Positions 1-10,190 of a stretch of 64,000 bases of DNA are shown here, piece after piece; positions within the stretch are counted from its first letter, which is position 1, and each line of letters starts with the position of its first letter. Source of the DNA: Chloroflexi bacterium bin125 (GTDB lineage: Bacteria > Chloroflexota > Dehalococcoidia > Bin125); assembly GCA_002239025.1 (NCBI GenBank), contig MPNM01000003.1, positions 142,047 through 206,046 on the forward strand. Direction: 5' to 3'. The notes beneath the pieces were generated by a model that worked only from the letters and a program-made list of their open reading frames with translations, searched no databases and was not told where the DNA came from. The translations under genes and the position numbers were made by a program.

Positions 1-632
1 GCCAGGGACGCGAGATCGAACTGAGCCAACTCAGCGCGACTGTGGCGCTGCTTGGTGCGCAATGGATGCAGTTCGACCAGCTTGGCGAAGACCTGCCGCG
101 TCTCGGCAACTCCGATCCCAACATGTGTCCGCACGGGGTGTTTCCATCGACGGGAGACGATCAGTGGGTCGCCATCGCGCTGGAGTCAGAAGATCAGTGG
201 CCGGCGTTTGCAGAGACCATCGGGCGACCGGAGTGGATCCAGGAGGCATCGCTGCAGTCGGTGGATGGTCGTAGAGCGCGTAACGACGAGGTTGAGGCGG
301 CAATCGGCGAGTGGACATCGCGGCTCACAAAGTGGGAAGCGGCCGAGGCATTGCAGACAGACGGGATCGCAGCCAACGCCGTCGAGGATCTGCGAGACAT
401 GATGGACATCGACGAACACTTCCGCGATCACTACCAGCGCGTCGAGCAGCCGTCGCATCCTGGATTTGGCATTTGGATCGACGGCGGGCCGTGGGAGTTT
501 GCGCACCTGGAAAAACGATTCCTCGAACGAGCGCCAATGCTCGGCGAGCACAACGAGGCAATCCTCGGCGGACTGCTGGGCAAGAGCGAGGCTGAAATCG
601 CCGAGTTGGTCGCTGCCGGCGTCGTAGGCTGA
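1..632 (+). CDS. CoA-transferase family III (CaiB/BaiF-like), C-terminal fragment; the 5' end lies outside the window
   Basis: The reading frame is open from the window edge (codon phase from nt 3) with no upstream stop. The product has the typical C-terminal dimerisation region of family III CoA-transferases and matches the two CaiB-like domains of the 2781..5309 ORF. Confidence 0.7.
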   Translation, partial: QGREIELSQLSATVALLGAQWMQFDQLGEDLPRLGNSDPNMCPHGVFPSTGDDQWVAIALESEDQWPAFAETIGRPEWIQEASLQSVDGRRARNDEVEAAIGEWTSRLTKWEAAEALQTDGIAANAVEDLRDMMDIDEHFRDHYQRVEQPSHPGFGIWIDGGPWEFAHLEKRFLERAPMLGEHNEAILGGLLGKSEAEIAELVAAGVVG

Positions 633-664
633 GCCGCAAATTGGTCCGATCCTGAGGGGGAATC

Positions 665-1627
665 ATGCCCAAGTATGTGATGCTGCCGCCGATCGACGAT
701 GACATGCGCGCCTGGGCAAAGCAGATGCGTGATGAGATTTCGGGGCTCGATGTCGTGGTGGTTGAGGACGAAACAGATGGTCCGCAGGAACTGGCCGATG
801 CCGACGGCGCATACGGCTGGGTTGCTCCTGATGTCCTGCCCAACACCGAGCGCCTGCGCTTGCTGCAAAATCCGTTCGCGGGGCCGCCGGTCGGTTGGTA
901 CTACCCCGAGTTGGCCGAGCATTCGGTCACGGTCAGCAATCCGCGCGGCATCTACTCCGATCACATCGCGCATCACATCATGATGTACATGCTGGCGCTC
1001 TCCCGAGGGCTTCCGTACTACAACGCTAGTCAGACTGAGGGTCGCTGGGATACCCGAGCGCGCAAGCATGGCTACGTCGATCTGACCACATCGACCGTGC
1101 TGATCAACGGGGTCGGCGGCATTGGAGCCGAGGCGGCTCGGTTGTGCGCCGCGTTCGGATCTCGCGTGATTGGCGTCGATCCTCGTCCGGCATACGAAAT
1201 CGAAGGGGAGATCATCGCGCCATCCGAGCTCGACGACCGCCTGCCGGAGGCGGATTTCGTCGTAACAACCGTGCCTCACACCCCCGAGACCGAGTTCATG
1301 TGGAACGCTGATCGCTTCACGGCGATGAAAGACTCCGCCTACTTCATCAACATCGGCCGCGGGATGACCTGCAAGCTTGACGACCTGGTAGCAGCGCTCG
1401 ACAACGGCGAGATTGCTGGTGCCGGACTAGATGTGTTTGAGATCGAGCCGCTCCCCGAAGGACATCCGTTGTGGCAGCTCGAGAACGTGATCATCACCCC
1501 ACACATCGCCGTCGCCGATGCAGAGAACATCCCCGAACGACGCTTCGAGTTGATCCTCGAGAACGCCAGACGCCTCGTTGAGGGTGGCGATTTCGTTAAC
1601 GTCGTCGACAAGGAGAAGTGGTACTGA
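665..1627 (+). CDS. D-isomer-specific 2-hydroxyacid dehydrogenase family, NAD-binding (glyoxylate/hydroxypyruvate reductase-like)
   Basis: ATG at 665 is preceded by GAGGGGGAATC. The product carries the Rossmann motif GVGGIGAEAARLCAAFGSRVIGVD and a C-terminal catalytic His/Glu region typical of the family. Confidence 0.85.
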   Translation: MPKYVMLPPIDDDMRAWAKQMRDEISGLDVVVVEDETDGPQELADADGAYGWVAPDVLPNTERLRLLQNPFAGPPVGWYYPELAEHSVTVSNPRGIYSDHIAHHIMMYMLALSRGLPYYNASQTEGRWDTRARKHGYVDLTTSTVLINGVGGIGAEAARLCAAFGSRVIGVDPRPAYEIEGEIIAPSELDDRLPEADFVVTTVPHTPETEFMWNADRFTAMKDSAYFINIGRGMTCKLDDLVAALDNGEIAGAGLDVFEIEPLPEGHPLWQLENVIITPHIAVADAENIPERRFELILENARRLVEGGDFVNVVDKEKWY

Positions 1628-1656
1628 CACTTCCCCATTAGTGATCGGCGCCCGAG

Positions 1657-2709
1657 ATGAAGATCGTGGAAATGTACGGTGAATCGCGAGTGGGCGTCGT
1701 TGACGTGCCTGAGCCGCAAGCGCGTGACAACTGGGTTGTGGTCAAGGTCATCGCCAGCACTATCTGCGGGACCGAAGCGCGGACCTATCAGATAGACGGC
1801 ACGCGAGGTCGACACGGACATAACTCCGGACACGAGGCGGCCGGCATCGTCTGGAAGGCCGGTCCGACGGCCAAGATTGCGGAAGGAACTCGGGTCGCCG
1901 TGATCGCGCACATCGGCGAGCAATGCGGCCAGTGCTTTTACTGTTACCAGGGTCTCTGGCTGCTCTGCACCAATCTGACCGAGGGCCGAGAGGAGTACCT
2001 AGGCACTCACGCCCAGTACATCTCCCGTCCCGACACCCACTGCATCCCCATGCCCGACGATGTCCCGTTCGAGATCGGCTCGATCTTGGTCGATGCCGTC
2101 GGCACGCCCTACCGAGCCATCCGACGCCTGGGTGTCAATGGATTTGACACGGTGTTGATCACCGGTCTGGGACCGCTTGGCGCATCGGCCGCCATCATTT
2201 GCGAGAAGCTTGGCGCGCGCGTGATCGCCAGTGAGCCCGCCGAGTATCGGCGCAGCAAGGCTCGAGAGTACGGCGTCGAAGTTGCGATTGATCCCGTGGC
2301 AGAAGACGCGCTGCGGCGGGTCATGGATCTCACTGGCGGCCGTGGCCCGGACGTCGCGCTCGATTTCACCGGTTACACCGAGCCGCAGATGCTCTGTATC
2401 GACGCGGTCCGGGTCGGAGGTCGGGTTGGCTTCATCGGGCTCAAGTACGACGAGACCCCCGATGGTCCGGTCCCCCGACCAACGCCGGTCACCGTCGCTG
2501 GTCACCTGTTGCCCAAGGAACTCACACTGATAGGAAGTTGGAGCGTCGCGCCGCACGAGATGCTAGAGCTCTACGACCTGGTCCAGAATGGTTTGCCAGT
2601 CGAACAGCTCATCACGCACCGCTTCAGCATCGACGACTCGCAGCAGGCCTACGAAACCGCCTTCAATCAGCGAGGCTGCAAGGTGATCATCGACCCCTGG
2701 TTGGAGTGA
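1657..2709 (+). CDS. Zn-dependent alcohol dehydrogenase (MDR superfamily; threonine/sorbitol dehydrogenase-like)
   Basis: The product has the catalytic-Zn motif GHEAAGIV, the structural-Zn cysteine cluster CGQCFYCYQG and the NAD fold GLGPLGASAAIICEKLGA. Confidence 0.85.
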   Translation: MKIVEMYGESRVGVVDVPEPQARDNWVVVKVIASTICGTEARTYQIDGTRGRHGHNSGHEAAGIVWKAGPTAKIAEGTRVAVIAHIGEQCGQCFYCYQGLWLLCTNLTEGREEYLGTHAQYISRPDTHCIPMPDDVPFEIGSILVDAVGTPYRAIRRLGVNGFDTVLITGLGPLGASAAIICEKLGARVIASEPAEYRRSKAREYGVEVAIDPVAEDALRRVMDLTGGRGPDVALDFTGYTEPQMLCIDAVRVGGRVGFIGLKYDETPDGPVPRPTPVTVAGHLLPKELTLIGSWSVAPHEMLELYDLVQNGLPVEQLITHRFSIDDSQQAYETAFNQRGCKVIIDPWLE

Positions 2710-2780
2710 CGAAGTGGCCGGACGACGGTCACAGCTGGAGTTGCCGCAAGTCTCTCGCGACCGACCCAGTCATATCTGCG

Positions 2781-5309
2781 CTAGCGAATCACTTCCGAGA
2801 TCATCAGATCCGTCATCTCGTCCTCGCTCAGCCCCAGCACGTGTCGGTAGACCTCTTCGTTGTGCTCTCCGAAGAATGGCGCGCGACGGATCGGCAGACG
2901 TTCGCCGTTCCAGAGGAAGGGCTGATTCTGTGCCATGAACTTCATCCCGATCGGATGATCGAACTCGTGGAAGAACCCGTCTAGCGACGGATCGGATTCA
3001 ACCAGGTCCTGGATGTCCTCATTTGGACCAGCCGGGATGCCCGCCGCTACCAATATCTCCGTCGCTTCCCAGAGATCCTGGCAGGAGGTCCAGGCAGTGA
3101 CGGCCGACTCGATCTCCTCCTCGGCAGCCTTGCGGCCGCTCAACGTTCGTAGATCATCGCGAGCCGCAAGGTCATCGCGTCCAATGACGCGACACAACTC
3201 CAGCCAATCGACCGTGTTGCGCACATCAAGGGCCAGCCATTTGTCGTCGCCCGCGCATTGGAAGTTGCCGTGGGGCGACGACTCGGGTGATCGATTGCCA
3301 CGACGTGGCGGGGTCTCGCCGTTGGCCAGTTGCTCGATCAGTTCCGTGTCGAGCAAGTGGATGCCTGCCTCATACTGGGGAATCTCGACTTCCTGGCCGA
3401 CGCCGGTGCGCTCGCGCTGAATCAGTGCCGAGACGATGGCCGTCACGGCTAATGGCGCGAGTGTGAAGTCGGTGTGCAGCAGCACGCCGGTTGGCTTCCG
3501 ATCGGAGGGGCCGGTGTGTGCAGCCAGGCCACAGAGCGCAACGACGCTATTGCCGATGCCCTTCCACGACGCTTTCGGACCCCAGGTGCCCATCACCGGG
3601 AAACTGGCGCACACGATGCGCGGATTGATCTTCTTCAGGTCGTCATAGCCCAGGCCGAGGCGCTTCATCACGCCGCCGGTGAAGTTGTCGGTGACCACAT
3701 CCGCATCGCGGATCAGGTCGTAGGCGATGCGCAGGCCGTCAGGAGCGCTGAGATTGACATTGACGCTGCGCTTATCGGTGTTGCAGTCCTGGAAGAATGC
3801 CCCGGTCTCAATCGAGGGTGGATCGTGGGCATTGAGCGCGACGCGCAGCGTGTCAATCCGCGCGTCCGACTCAATCTTGATCACATCCGCGCCCAGATTC
3901 GCCATCAGCTCCGTCGTCAAAGGACCTGCCGCCTGCCAGCAGAAATCAATCACTCGAATGCCCTTGAGCGGCAGGTCATCGCGATCGATCGCTCGGCCCA
4001 AATGCGTGCCATTCTGCGCCGCATCAGTCAGAGGGCGTCTGCTCCGCGCGTTCCGCTCTCCCCCCGCTGAGCGGGGGGAGATGCCGAAGGCAGAGGGGGG
4101 TCCAACAACCAGCCCGCTTGCTGCCATTCGCTCATACTCGGCTTCGTCCACATCAAGCAGCTCTGCCAGCACATCAGCCGAGTCCGCTCCCAGCGTCGGC
4201 GCCGGACGCCCGACCGGCTCGTATCCGGTTGAATGGACTGGCAATCGCGGCAAATCAATCGTGCGATCAAACTGCGGATGTTCGACCGGCAAGAATGCGC
4301 CACGTTCGTGGAGATGCGGATCCTCAACAATGTCTTTGACCGAGTTCACCGGCACCACGAGGAAGCCTCGTGACTGTCCCTCGAAACACAGCTCGTCGCG
4401 TGGCAACGTGGCGCAGGCTCGCTGGAATGCCTGGTGCGTCTCGCTGCCCCAGTCAGGCATCCAGATGTCGCCCGGACGCTCAGTCCCAAGCAGCCCGTCG
4501 TAGCCAACCCGTTCATTCAACCACTCGGCGAAGGCGGCGTAGCGCTCGTCGGTGGTCGGCACGAGCCCGAACGTCACCCATTCGCCGTCCTTGGCCTGCA
4601 CGAGGAAGGAAATGTGGCCGCCCGGCCGGTACGCCTTCTCGCCCATGTGAACCCACATGTTCTCGTTGGCGAAGTGGATCGTGGTCGAGAGAATCGCCTC
4701 CTGTAGCGAGATGTACGCGTGGTTGGCTCGGTCGCCGTTGCGACGGTCGTAGAGCATGGCGGCCGCCGTCGCCGCGGCGACCTGGCTGGCCTGCTTGTAG
4801 GCCAGCCGTCCCGCCGGATAGTCGGGTGCGACCTCGGGGAACCCCAGACCCAGCATGAGACCGCCACTGGCGACACCGACAATGTCGGAGGCTGGCGGCT
4901 CTTCGCCACCGCGCCGCATGACGGCGTCAACAACCCCCAGGTGGGGATGCAAACGCTGCAGCCGCTCACGATCAAAGAAGCGGCGAGCGGAGGCAGACTT
5001 GTCCAATGGGGCCAGAACGACGTCGGCACCAGCCAACAGCCGATCAATCAGATCCCATGCGCCCGGCGCATCGAAGTTCAACGCCAGGCTGCGCTTGCCC
5101 GCGTTGTAGAGCAGGTGGCGCAGTCCGCTCTCAGGGTCGTTGTGTCCCTCAAGATGCGGACCAGCAATGCGCAGAGCGTCTCCGGCAGCGGACTCGACGC
5201 GAATCACGTCGGCGCCAAAGTCGGACAGCCAGCGAGCGCCGAGCACCAGGCACTCGTCGCTGAGGTCAATGACGACTGAGCCGGTCAGGGGAAGATCGGA
5301 TCCCTGCAT
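2781..5309 (-). CDS. Two complete CoA-transferase family III (CaiB/BaiF) modules of about 400 aa each in one open frame. This is either a fused didomain protein or two tandem paralog genes joined by an in-frame palindromic repeat.
   Basis: The track ORF 2781..5312 starts at TTG; ATG at 5309 is one codon later and overlaps the stop of the upstream crotonase gene (TGATG). Module 1 spans about 5309..4110 and module 2 about 3995..2781, beginning LPLKGIRVIDFCWQAAGP. The roughly 70 nt linker 4043..4112 is a family-1 repeat translated as PSAFGISPRSAGGE. A TTG start at about 4004 could alternatively begin a separate second gene. Confidence 0.6.
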   Translation of the reverse strand: MQGSDLPLTGSVVIDLSDECLVLGARWLSDFGADVIRVESAAGDALRIAGPHLEGHNDPESGLRHLLYNAGKRSLALNFDAPGAWDLIDRLLAGADVVLAPLDKSASARRFFDRERLQRLHPHLGVVDAVMRRGGEEPPASDIVGVASGGLMLGLGFPEVAPDYPAGRLAYKQASQVAAATAAAMLYDRRNGDRANHAYISLQEAILSTTIHFANENMWVHMGEKAYRPGGHISFLVQAKDGEWVTFGLVPTTDERYAAFAEWLNERVGYDGLLGTERPGDIWMPDWGSETHQAFQRACATLPRDELCFEGQSRGFLVVPVNSVKDIVEDPHLHERGAFLPVEHPQFDRTIDLPRLPVHSTGYEPVGRPAPTLGADSADVLAELLDVDEAEYERMAASGLVVGPPSAFGISPRSAGGERNARSRRPLTDAAQNGTHLGRAIDRDDLPLKGIRVIDFCWQAAGPLTTELMANLGADVIKIESDARIDTLRVALNAHDPPSIETGAFFQDCNTDKRSVNVNLSAPDGLRIAYDLIRDADVVTDNFTGGVMKRLGLGYDDLKKINPRIVCASFPVMGTWGPKASWKGIGNSVVALCGLAAHTGPSDRKPTGVLLHTDFTLAPLAVTAIVSALIQRERTGVGQEVEIPQYEAGIHLLDTELIEQLANGETPPRRGNRSPESSPHGNFQCAGDDKWLALDVRNTVDWLELCRVIGRDDLAARDDLRTLSGRKAAEEEIESAVTAWTSCQDLWEATEILVAAGIPAGPNEDIQDLVESDPSLDGFFHEFDHPIGMKFMAQNQPFLWNGERLPIRRAPFFGEHNEEVYRHVLGLSEDEMTDLMISEVIR
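4056..4100. repeat. Family-1 palindromic repeat unit (CTCTCCCCCC-gctgagc-GGGGGGAG + ATGCCGAAGGCAGAGGGGGG) lying in-frame inside the didomain CoA-transferase ORF
   Basis: Exact match to the family-1 core. The flanking 4043..4112 is the only non-CaiB-like part of the ORF. Confidence 0.85.
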
Positions 5310-6082
5310 CAATCCAGACTAGATTCGTACGGATGTAGCCGATAGAGGTCACTCATTCGATGACCGATCAACTGCATGCGCAGGTCGTCGTCGAGCTGCG
5401 GCCAGAGTGAGCGATTGATCGACTCCTTGACCACGCCGAGATATCCGTGTCGTTCTTGCCCCAGGGCCGACAATCGATTGGCCAGCGCATCGACTTCCTC
5501 TTGCAGCATGCCGGGCTCTGCGACTCTGGTCACCAGCTCAAGTTCGGCCGCTTCCGCGGCCGAGATGAACTGGTCATCCAGAATCAACCTGGTCGCATGT
5601 TTCAGTCCGACGTACTTGGGCAGGAAGGCCGTGGCCGAGATGACCATCCTCAGCTTGGCCTCAGGATCGACGATCGCGTAGTCCGAGGCCAGCATCAGGT
5701 CGAATCCCGATCCCATGCAGTAGCCCTGGACCTGTGCGATCACAATCTGCGGGATGCGTCGGAGCAGCGACTGCAAACGGAAGTAGGGATGCCGCTCGAG
5801 GTTGAACGCCGCGATGTGCGGTGCATGGTACGGATTCTGCCAGGGATAGTCGGGAATGCTGCCGTCGCTGCCCTCGGAGACATCATCGCCCGAGCAAAAT
5901 GAACGTCCAGCCCCAGCCAGGATCAAGACCTGCACCGACGGATCGCGGCCGACCCGATTGACGACATCGACCATGGCGTCGCCGACCTCGGTGTTGATCG
6001 CGTTGTGACGCTCGGGACGGTTAATCGTCAGCCGCGTGACCGGCCCATCCTCGACGATGAGTTCACTGTGTGTCGTGGGCAT
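5309..6082 (-). CDS. Enoyl-CoA hydratase/isomerase (crotonase) family
   Basis: ATG start at 6082. The 257-aa product has a crotonase fold, with the N-terminal pattern LTINRPERHNAIN and the oxyanion-hole region ILAGAGRSFCSGDD. Confidence 0.8.
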   Translation of the reverse strand: MPTTHSELIVEDGPVTRLTINRPERHNAINTEVGDAMVDVVNRVGRDPSVQVLILAGAGRSFCSGDDVSEGSDGSIPDYPWQNPYHAPHIAAFNLERHPYFRLQSLLRRIPQIVIAQVQGYCMGSGFDLMLASDYAIVDPEAKLRMVISATAFLPKYVGLKHATRLILDDQFISAAEAAELELVTRVAEPGMLQEEVDALANRLSALGQERHGYLGVVKESINRSLWPQLDDDLRMQLIGHRMSDLYRLHPYESSLD

Positions 6083-6197
6083 GTTCAGCCTCCAGTACCT
6101 GGCGCGAAGCCTAGATCAGCGAGGCCATGCTTGTTTGTGGTCGCCCTGTCGCTGCTACCTTCGCGCAGAACAGATTGACAATGCTGGAGTTTCCATC

Positions 6198-7052
6198 ATG
6201 GCCGAACGACTGAACAACGTGATTCAACTGATCGAGTCCGACAAGCCTGCCTTCGGGCCCTTCCTGCCCGCCGGATCGATTCCCGACGCAACCTGGATCG
6301 CGTCCTCCGACTACGACTTCGTCGTCTACGAACTGGAACACAATGCGTTCAACCTCAGCGACCTGCGATTGTCGCTGCAGTTCATGCTCGACCGGCGACA
6401 GATACTTGAGTCCGGCTCGCTCGCACCCAGAGTCACGCCGATGGTGCGGATTCCCGTTAACGGACGCGAGCAGAGCCAGTGGATCGTCAAGCAAGTCCTC
6501 GACATCGGCGTCTACGGAATCGTCTTTCCGATGATCAACACGCCCGAGGACGCGGTCGCTGCGTTGCAGGCCGCTCGATACATCCAGGCGGCTGATGCAC
6601 CGGACCAGGAGCCGGTCGGACGACGCGGCCACGCTCCCGGTAACGTGCTGCGCTATTGGGGACTGGATCAACCAGAATACTTCGACCGCGCCGATGTCTG
6701 GCCACTCGATCCGAACGGCGAGATTCTCGCCTGCCTGCAATGCGAGACGATCGAGGGCGTCAATAATCTGCCCGCGATCCTCGACGCCGTGCCCAACCCC
6801 GGGCTAATCCTGATCAGCGAGAGCGACCTGTCGGTCTCGATGGGGCTCAAGGGAGCGCCCGGACCGCAAGTCGATGAGGCCGTCCAACGAGCGCGCGAAA
6901 TCTGTCAGGAGCGAGGCGTCTACTACGGCTCGCCGCAAGTCGACATGGCCAACGTTGAGCAACGAATCAACGAGGGTTTCTCCTTCCTCATGCCCGGCGC
7001 AGCCCGCGTGTCAGAGGCACTGAATCGGGGTAGGGAGTTAGCCGGTCGCTAG
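6198..7052 (+). CDS. HpcH/HpaI-family 2-keto-3-deoxy acid aldolase (class II, pyruvate-releasing)
   Basis: An internal ATG at 6198 (M55 of the track ORF) is preceded by GGAG. The product MAERLNNVIQLIESDKPAFGPF matches the HpcH/HpaI aldolase TIM barrel (VRIPVNGREQSQWIVKQVLDIGVYGIVFPMINTPEDA). Confidence 0.75.
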   Translation: MAERLNNVIQLIESDKPAFGPFLPAGSIPDATWIASSDYDFVVYELEHNAFNLSDLRLSLQFMLDRRQILESGSLAPRVTPMVRIPVNGREQSQWIVKQVLDIGVYGIVFPMINTPEDAVAALQAARYIQAADAPDQEPVGRRGHAPGNVLRYWGLDQPEYFDRADVWPLDPNGEILACLQCETIEGVNNLPAILDAVPNPGLILISESDLSVSMGLKGAPGPQVDEAVQRAREICQERGVYYGSPQVDMANVEQRINEGFSFLMPGAARVSEALNRGRELAGR

Positions 7053-7097
7053 TCAGTGCCTCGGTACAGCGGATGACCGGGAAGTGATCTCGCAAAC

Positions 7098-7276
7098 ACT
7101 CCGTCATTTCCGCGCTTGTCGCGGGAATCTCGATAAGTGGTGCAGAGACGTCATTTCTTGAGGACAAGGCTGTTCGCTCCAGGATGCGGTGGCAGAAGCG
7201 ACCGTTCTTCGTGGTTCGGCGAGATACCCCCGTTCAGGCCTTGGCAGGCTTCGCGGCAGGCGCGGGTATGACGGAG
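7098..7276. mobile_element. Family-2 MITE-like element of about 180 bp with hairpin-containing terminal inverted repeats (ACTCCGTCATTTCCGCGCttgtcGCGGGAATCTCG ... CGAGATACCCCC...GCGCGGGTATGACGGAG)
   Basis: The TIRs read ctccgtcat.cccgcg...cgcgggtatgacggag. A similar element is at 59800..59952, and single arms are at 11231..11266, 23371..23406 and 29011..29040. Confidence 0.65.
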
Positions 7277-7392
7277 GCGGGGATATGCGACTGCCGGAGT
7301 CGCTGCGTCGCGTTGTCAAATTGTGTAGCTTGTGATACGCAGCGCCATACGTTGAGTATGGCTTCGTTTTGGTATGGAATCAGAGGAACGAC

Positions 7393-8814
7393 ATGTCGGC
7401 CATTCAGTCGGAGAAGCAAGAGATCGCCCAGATGGCGCACCTGATGCGCCGGGCTGGGTTTGGCGCGTCCCGCGACGAGCTGGAGCGGCTCGTGGAACAG
7501 GGCTACGAGGAGACCGTCGAGCAGTTGGTCGACCCGCCTGCTCATATTCCCCGAGCTGACCTGCACCAGCTATTCCGCTACATGCCGTCACTCGAGACCG
7601 GCGGCCCCGTGACCGTGCCCGGCGCGGCCAACTGGCTCTACCACCTGATCAATACGCAGCGGCCGCTGGAAGAGAAGATGGCGCTCTTCTGGCACGGTGT
7701 CTTTGCGGTCGGCAACTCTAAGGTCGACAACGACAATCACCTGATCGCGCAGATCGACATGTTTCGCGATCACGGAACGGGTAACTACCGCGACTTGCTG
7801 ATCATGCTGGCCCAGAACCCGGCCATGATTTACTGGCTCGACAACCACGAGAATCACAAGCGCTCGCCCAACGAGAACTGGGGCCGCGAGCTCCTGGAGC
7901 TGTTCTCGATGGGCGTCGGCAACTACACCGAGAAGGATGTCTTCGAGTGCGCCCGTGCCTTCACCGGCTGGACGCTGGGCCCAAAGATCCCGCGCGTTCC
8001 CAACCATCGCTTCTTCTTCCAGTTCGAGTTCCGTCCCGAGGAGCACGACTACGGCGAGAAGGAGTTCCTCGGGCGCAAGGGCAACTTCGACGGCCTCGAC
8101 ATCATCGACATCATCCTCGAAGAAGAGGCCTGCCCGCGTTTCATCGTCCGACACCTGTACAACTTCTTCGTCGCCGACGAGGCCCAGGTTCCGGCCTGGA
8201 ACATCGAACCGCCCAATGATCCAGAGGCGATCGACTACCTCGCCGGCGTGTTCAAGGACTCCAACTTCGAGATCAAGCCTGTCCTGCGGGCGCTATTCAA
8301 CTCCGACTTCTTCAAGGAAGCAACGTTCCAGAAGGTCAAGAGCCCAGTTGAGACCGTCGTCGGCACGCTCCGCCTGACCGAACACATGACTGGTCCGCAG
8401 CTCGACCTGATCAGCCTCGGCCAGGAGTCGGCGCACATGGGTCAGAGTTTGCACAACCCGCCGTCGGTCGAGGGTTGGCAAACCGGTCGCGACTGGATCA
8501 ACTCCGGCGCTGTGGTCGGACGAATCAACTTCGTCGCCGACCGCGTCAGCGACACCGAGATGCCGGGCGTTCAGAAGATCGTCCAGCGCGTTGCTGCGGC
8601 CAATGGCAGGCAGATGAGCCCGGACGAGATGGTCGACCATTGCCTCGACCTGATCGGCCCACTCAATGTGGCGGATGTCACCAGGCTCGAATTGATCGAG
8701 CACGCCTCGGAGCAGGGCGACCTCTCCTGGAGCGACGACTACGACGGTTCCTCCGAGCGCGTCGGCGAGATGCTCGCCCTGATCGCGGCAACGACGGAGT
8801 ACCAATTCGGCTAA
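7393..8814 (+). CDS. DUF1800 family protein
   Basis: The start was chosen at M9 of the track ORF (AGAGGA upstream). The protein is large, conserved and soluble, and is immediately followed by a DUF1501 gene, which is the classic pairing. Confidence 0.7.
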   Translation: MSAIQSEKQEIAQMAHLMRRAGFGASRDELERLVEQGYEETVEQLVDPPAHIPRADLHQLFRYMPSLETGGPVTVPGAANWLYHLINTQRPLEEKMALFWHGVFAVGNSKVDNDNHLIAQIDMFRDHGTGNYRDLLIMLAQNPAMIYWLDNHENHKRSPNENWGRELLELFSMGVGNYTEKDVFECARAFTGWTLGPKIPRVPNHRFFFQFEFRPEEHDYGEKEFLGRKGNFDGLDIIDIILEEEACPRFIVRHLYNFFVADEAQVPAWNIEPPNDPEAIDYLAGVFKDSNFEIKPVLRALFNSDFFKEATFQKVKSPVETVVGTLRLTEHMTGPQLDLISLGQESAHMGQSLHNPPSVEGWQTGRDWINSGAVVGRINFVADRVSDTEMPGVQKIVQRVAAANGRQMSPDEMVDHCLDLIGPLNVADVTRLELIEHASEQGDLSWSDDYDGSSERVGEMLALIAATTEYQFG

Positions 8815-8859
8815 CAGAGCCCGATTGATCACTCAGGAGCAGTACAGAGAGTCCCAACC

Positions 8860-10017
8860 ATGACTACCGCGACCAGAAGCAAAGACCCGGTTGTCGTCAT
8901 CATCCAGTTGACCGGCGGCAACGACTACATGAACAGCGTGGTGCCCTACGCGGACGGGCACTATAACGACGCCCGCAACGGCGAGCTCTGCATCGGCGAG
9001 GACGAGGTCCTCAAGATCGACGACCACTTCGGCCTGCACCCGACGATGGCCCCGCTCAAGGAGATCTACGACCAGGGTGAGATGGCGCTGATCCACGGCG
9101 TCGGTTACCCCAACTCGCCGCGATCGCACTTCCGTTCGATGGACATCTGGCACACCTGTGAGCCCAACAAGGTCGGTACCGAGGGCTGGGTTGGGCGTGC
9201 CATCCGCGACCTTGACCCGACCGGTGAGAACCCGGTCACCGGGGTCCACATCGGACAGGGCCTGCCCCGCGCGCTGGTCGTGCCAGGTGTGACGGTCGCA
9301 TCCGTCGCCGACCTCTCGACCTACGGTCTCTTGACCGGCATCGAGCAGCAGCGCCAGCGTGAGAAGATGCTCGAGCGCTTCGTCAATATGTATGGCCGCG
9401 CGATCGGCACCGGCAACGTCAAGGAATACCTCGGCCGCACCGGACTTGACGCGCTCAAGGGCGCCGACATCCTCAAGGAAGGCCTCGGTCGCTACGAGAC
9501 CTCCGTCGAGTGGGGCACCGAGCAGATCTCGCGCAGTCTTAAGGACATCGCCACGATCCACTGCGCCGATCTCGGCACGCGCGTCTTCTACACGCAGCTG
9601 ATCGGCTTCGACACTCACGCCAACCAGAAACCGGTCTTCGAGAAGCTCTGGACTGACCTCTCGCGCGCCATCTCGGACTTCTGGGACGACGTCAAGGCGC
9701 ACGACCGCGATGACAACGTGATCATGATGCTGTTCACCGAGTTCGGCCGCCGCGTGCGAGACAACGGCTCCGGTTCCGACCACGGCGCCGGCGGCGGAGT
9801 CTTCGTGCTCGGCCCGCAGGTCAAGGGCGGTATGCACGGCGAATTCCCGAGCATCAATCCCCGAGATCTCGAACAGGGCGACCTCGTCCCCAACCACGAC
9901 TTCCGCGGTGTCTACTCAACGTTGTTGGAAGACTGGCTACGGCTCGACGCGAAGCCGATCGTTGACGGTGAGTTCGAGAAGCTCAGCTTTATCGAACCGC
10001 TGATGGCAACTGCGTAG
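8860..10017 (+). CDS. DUF1501 family protein (sulfatase/alkaline-phosphatase-like fold)
   Basis: The N-terminal VVIIQLTGGNDYMNSVVPY and the later FDTHANQ are signatures of DUF1501. No Tat or Sec signal is evident. Confidence 0.8.
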   Translation: MTTATRSKDPVVVIIQLTGGNDYMNSVVPYADGHYNDARNGELCIGEDEVLKIDDHFGLHPTMAPLKEIYDQGEMALIHGVGYPNSPRSHFRSMDIWHTCEPNKVGTEGWVGRAIRDLDPTGENPVTGVHIGQGLPRALVVPGVTVASVADLSTYGLLTGIEQQRQREKMLERFVNMYGRAIGTGNVKEYLGRTGLDALKGADILKEGLGRYETSVEWGTEQISRSLKDIATIHCADLGTRVFYTQLIGFDTHANQKPVFEKLWTDLSRAISDFWDDVKAHDRDDNVIMMLFTEFGRRVRDNGSGSDHGAGGGVFVLGPQVKGGMHGEFPSINPRDLEQGDLVPNHDFRGVYSTLLEDWLRLDAKPIVDGEFEKLSFIEPLMATA

Positions 10018-10028
10018 GCAAAACAAAA

Positions 10029-10160
10029 GCTCCCCCTAAGGGGGTCTGTCGAGGTGATCTTTTCTCCCCCCTCTGGGGGGAGATGCCGAAGGCAGAGGGG
10101 GGCGCAGCGCAGAATATCCCCTCTGTCGCTCCGCGACATCTCCCCCGCGAGCGGGGGAGA
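10029..10160. repeat. Cluster of three family-1 repeat units (one short hairpin, one full unit, one inverted partial unit) between the DUF1501 and NHL genes
   Basis: gctccccctaagggggtc; tctcccccctctggggggagatgccgaaggcagagggggg at 10063..10102; cccctctgtcgctccgcgacatctcccccgcgagcgggggaga. Confidence 0.85.
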
Positions 10161-10190
10161 AAATGAGAGATGGTTCGAGGAGACATCGCC

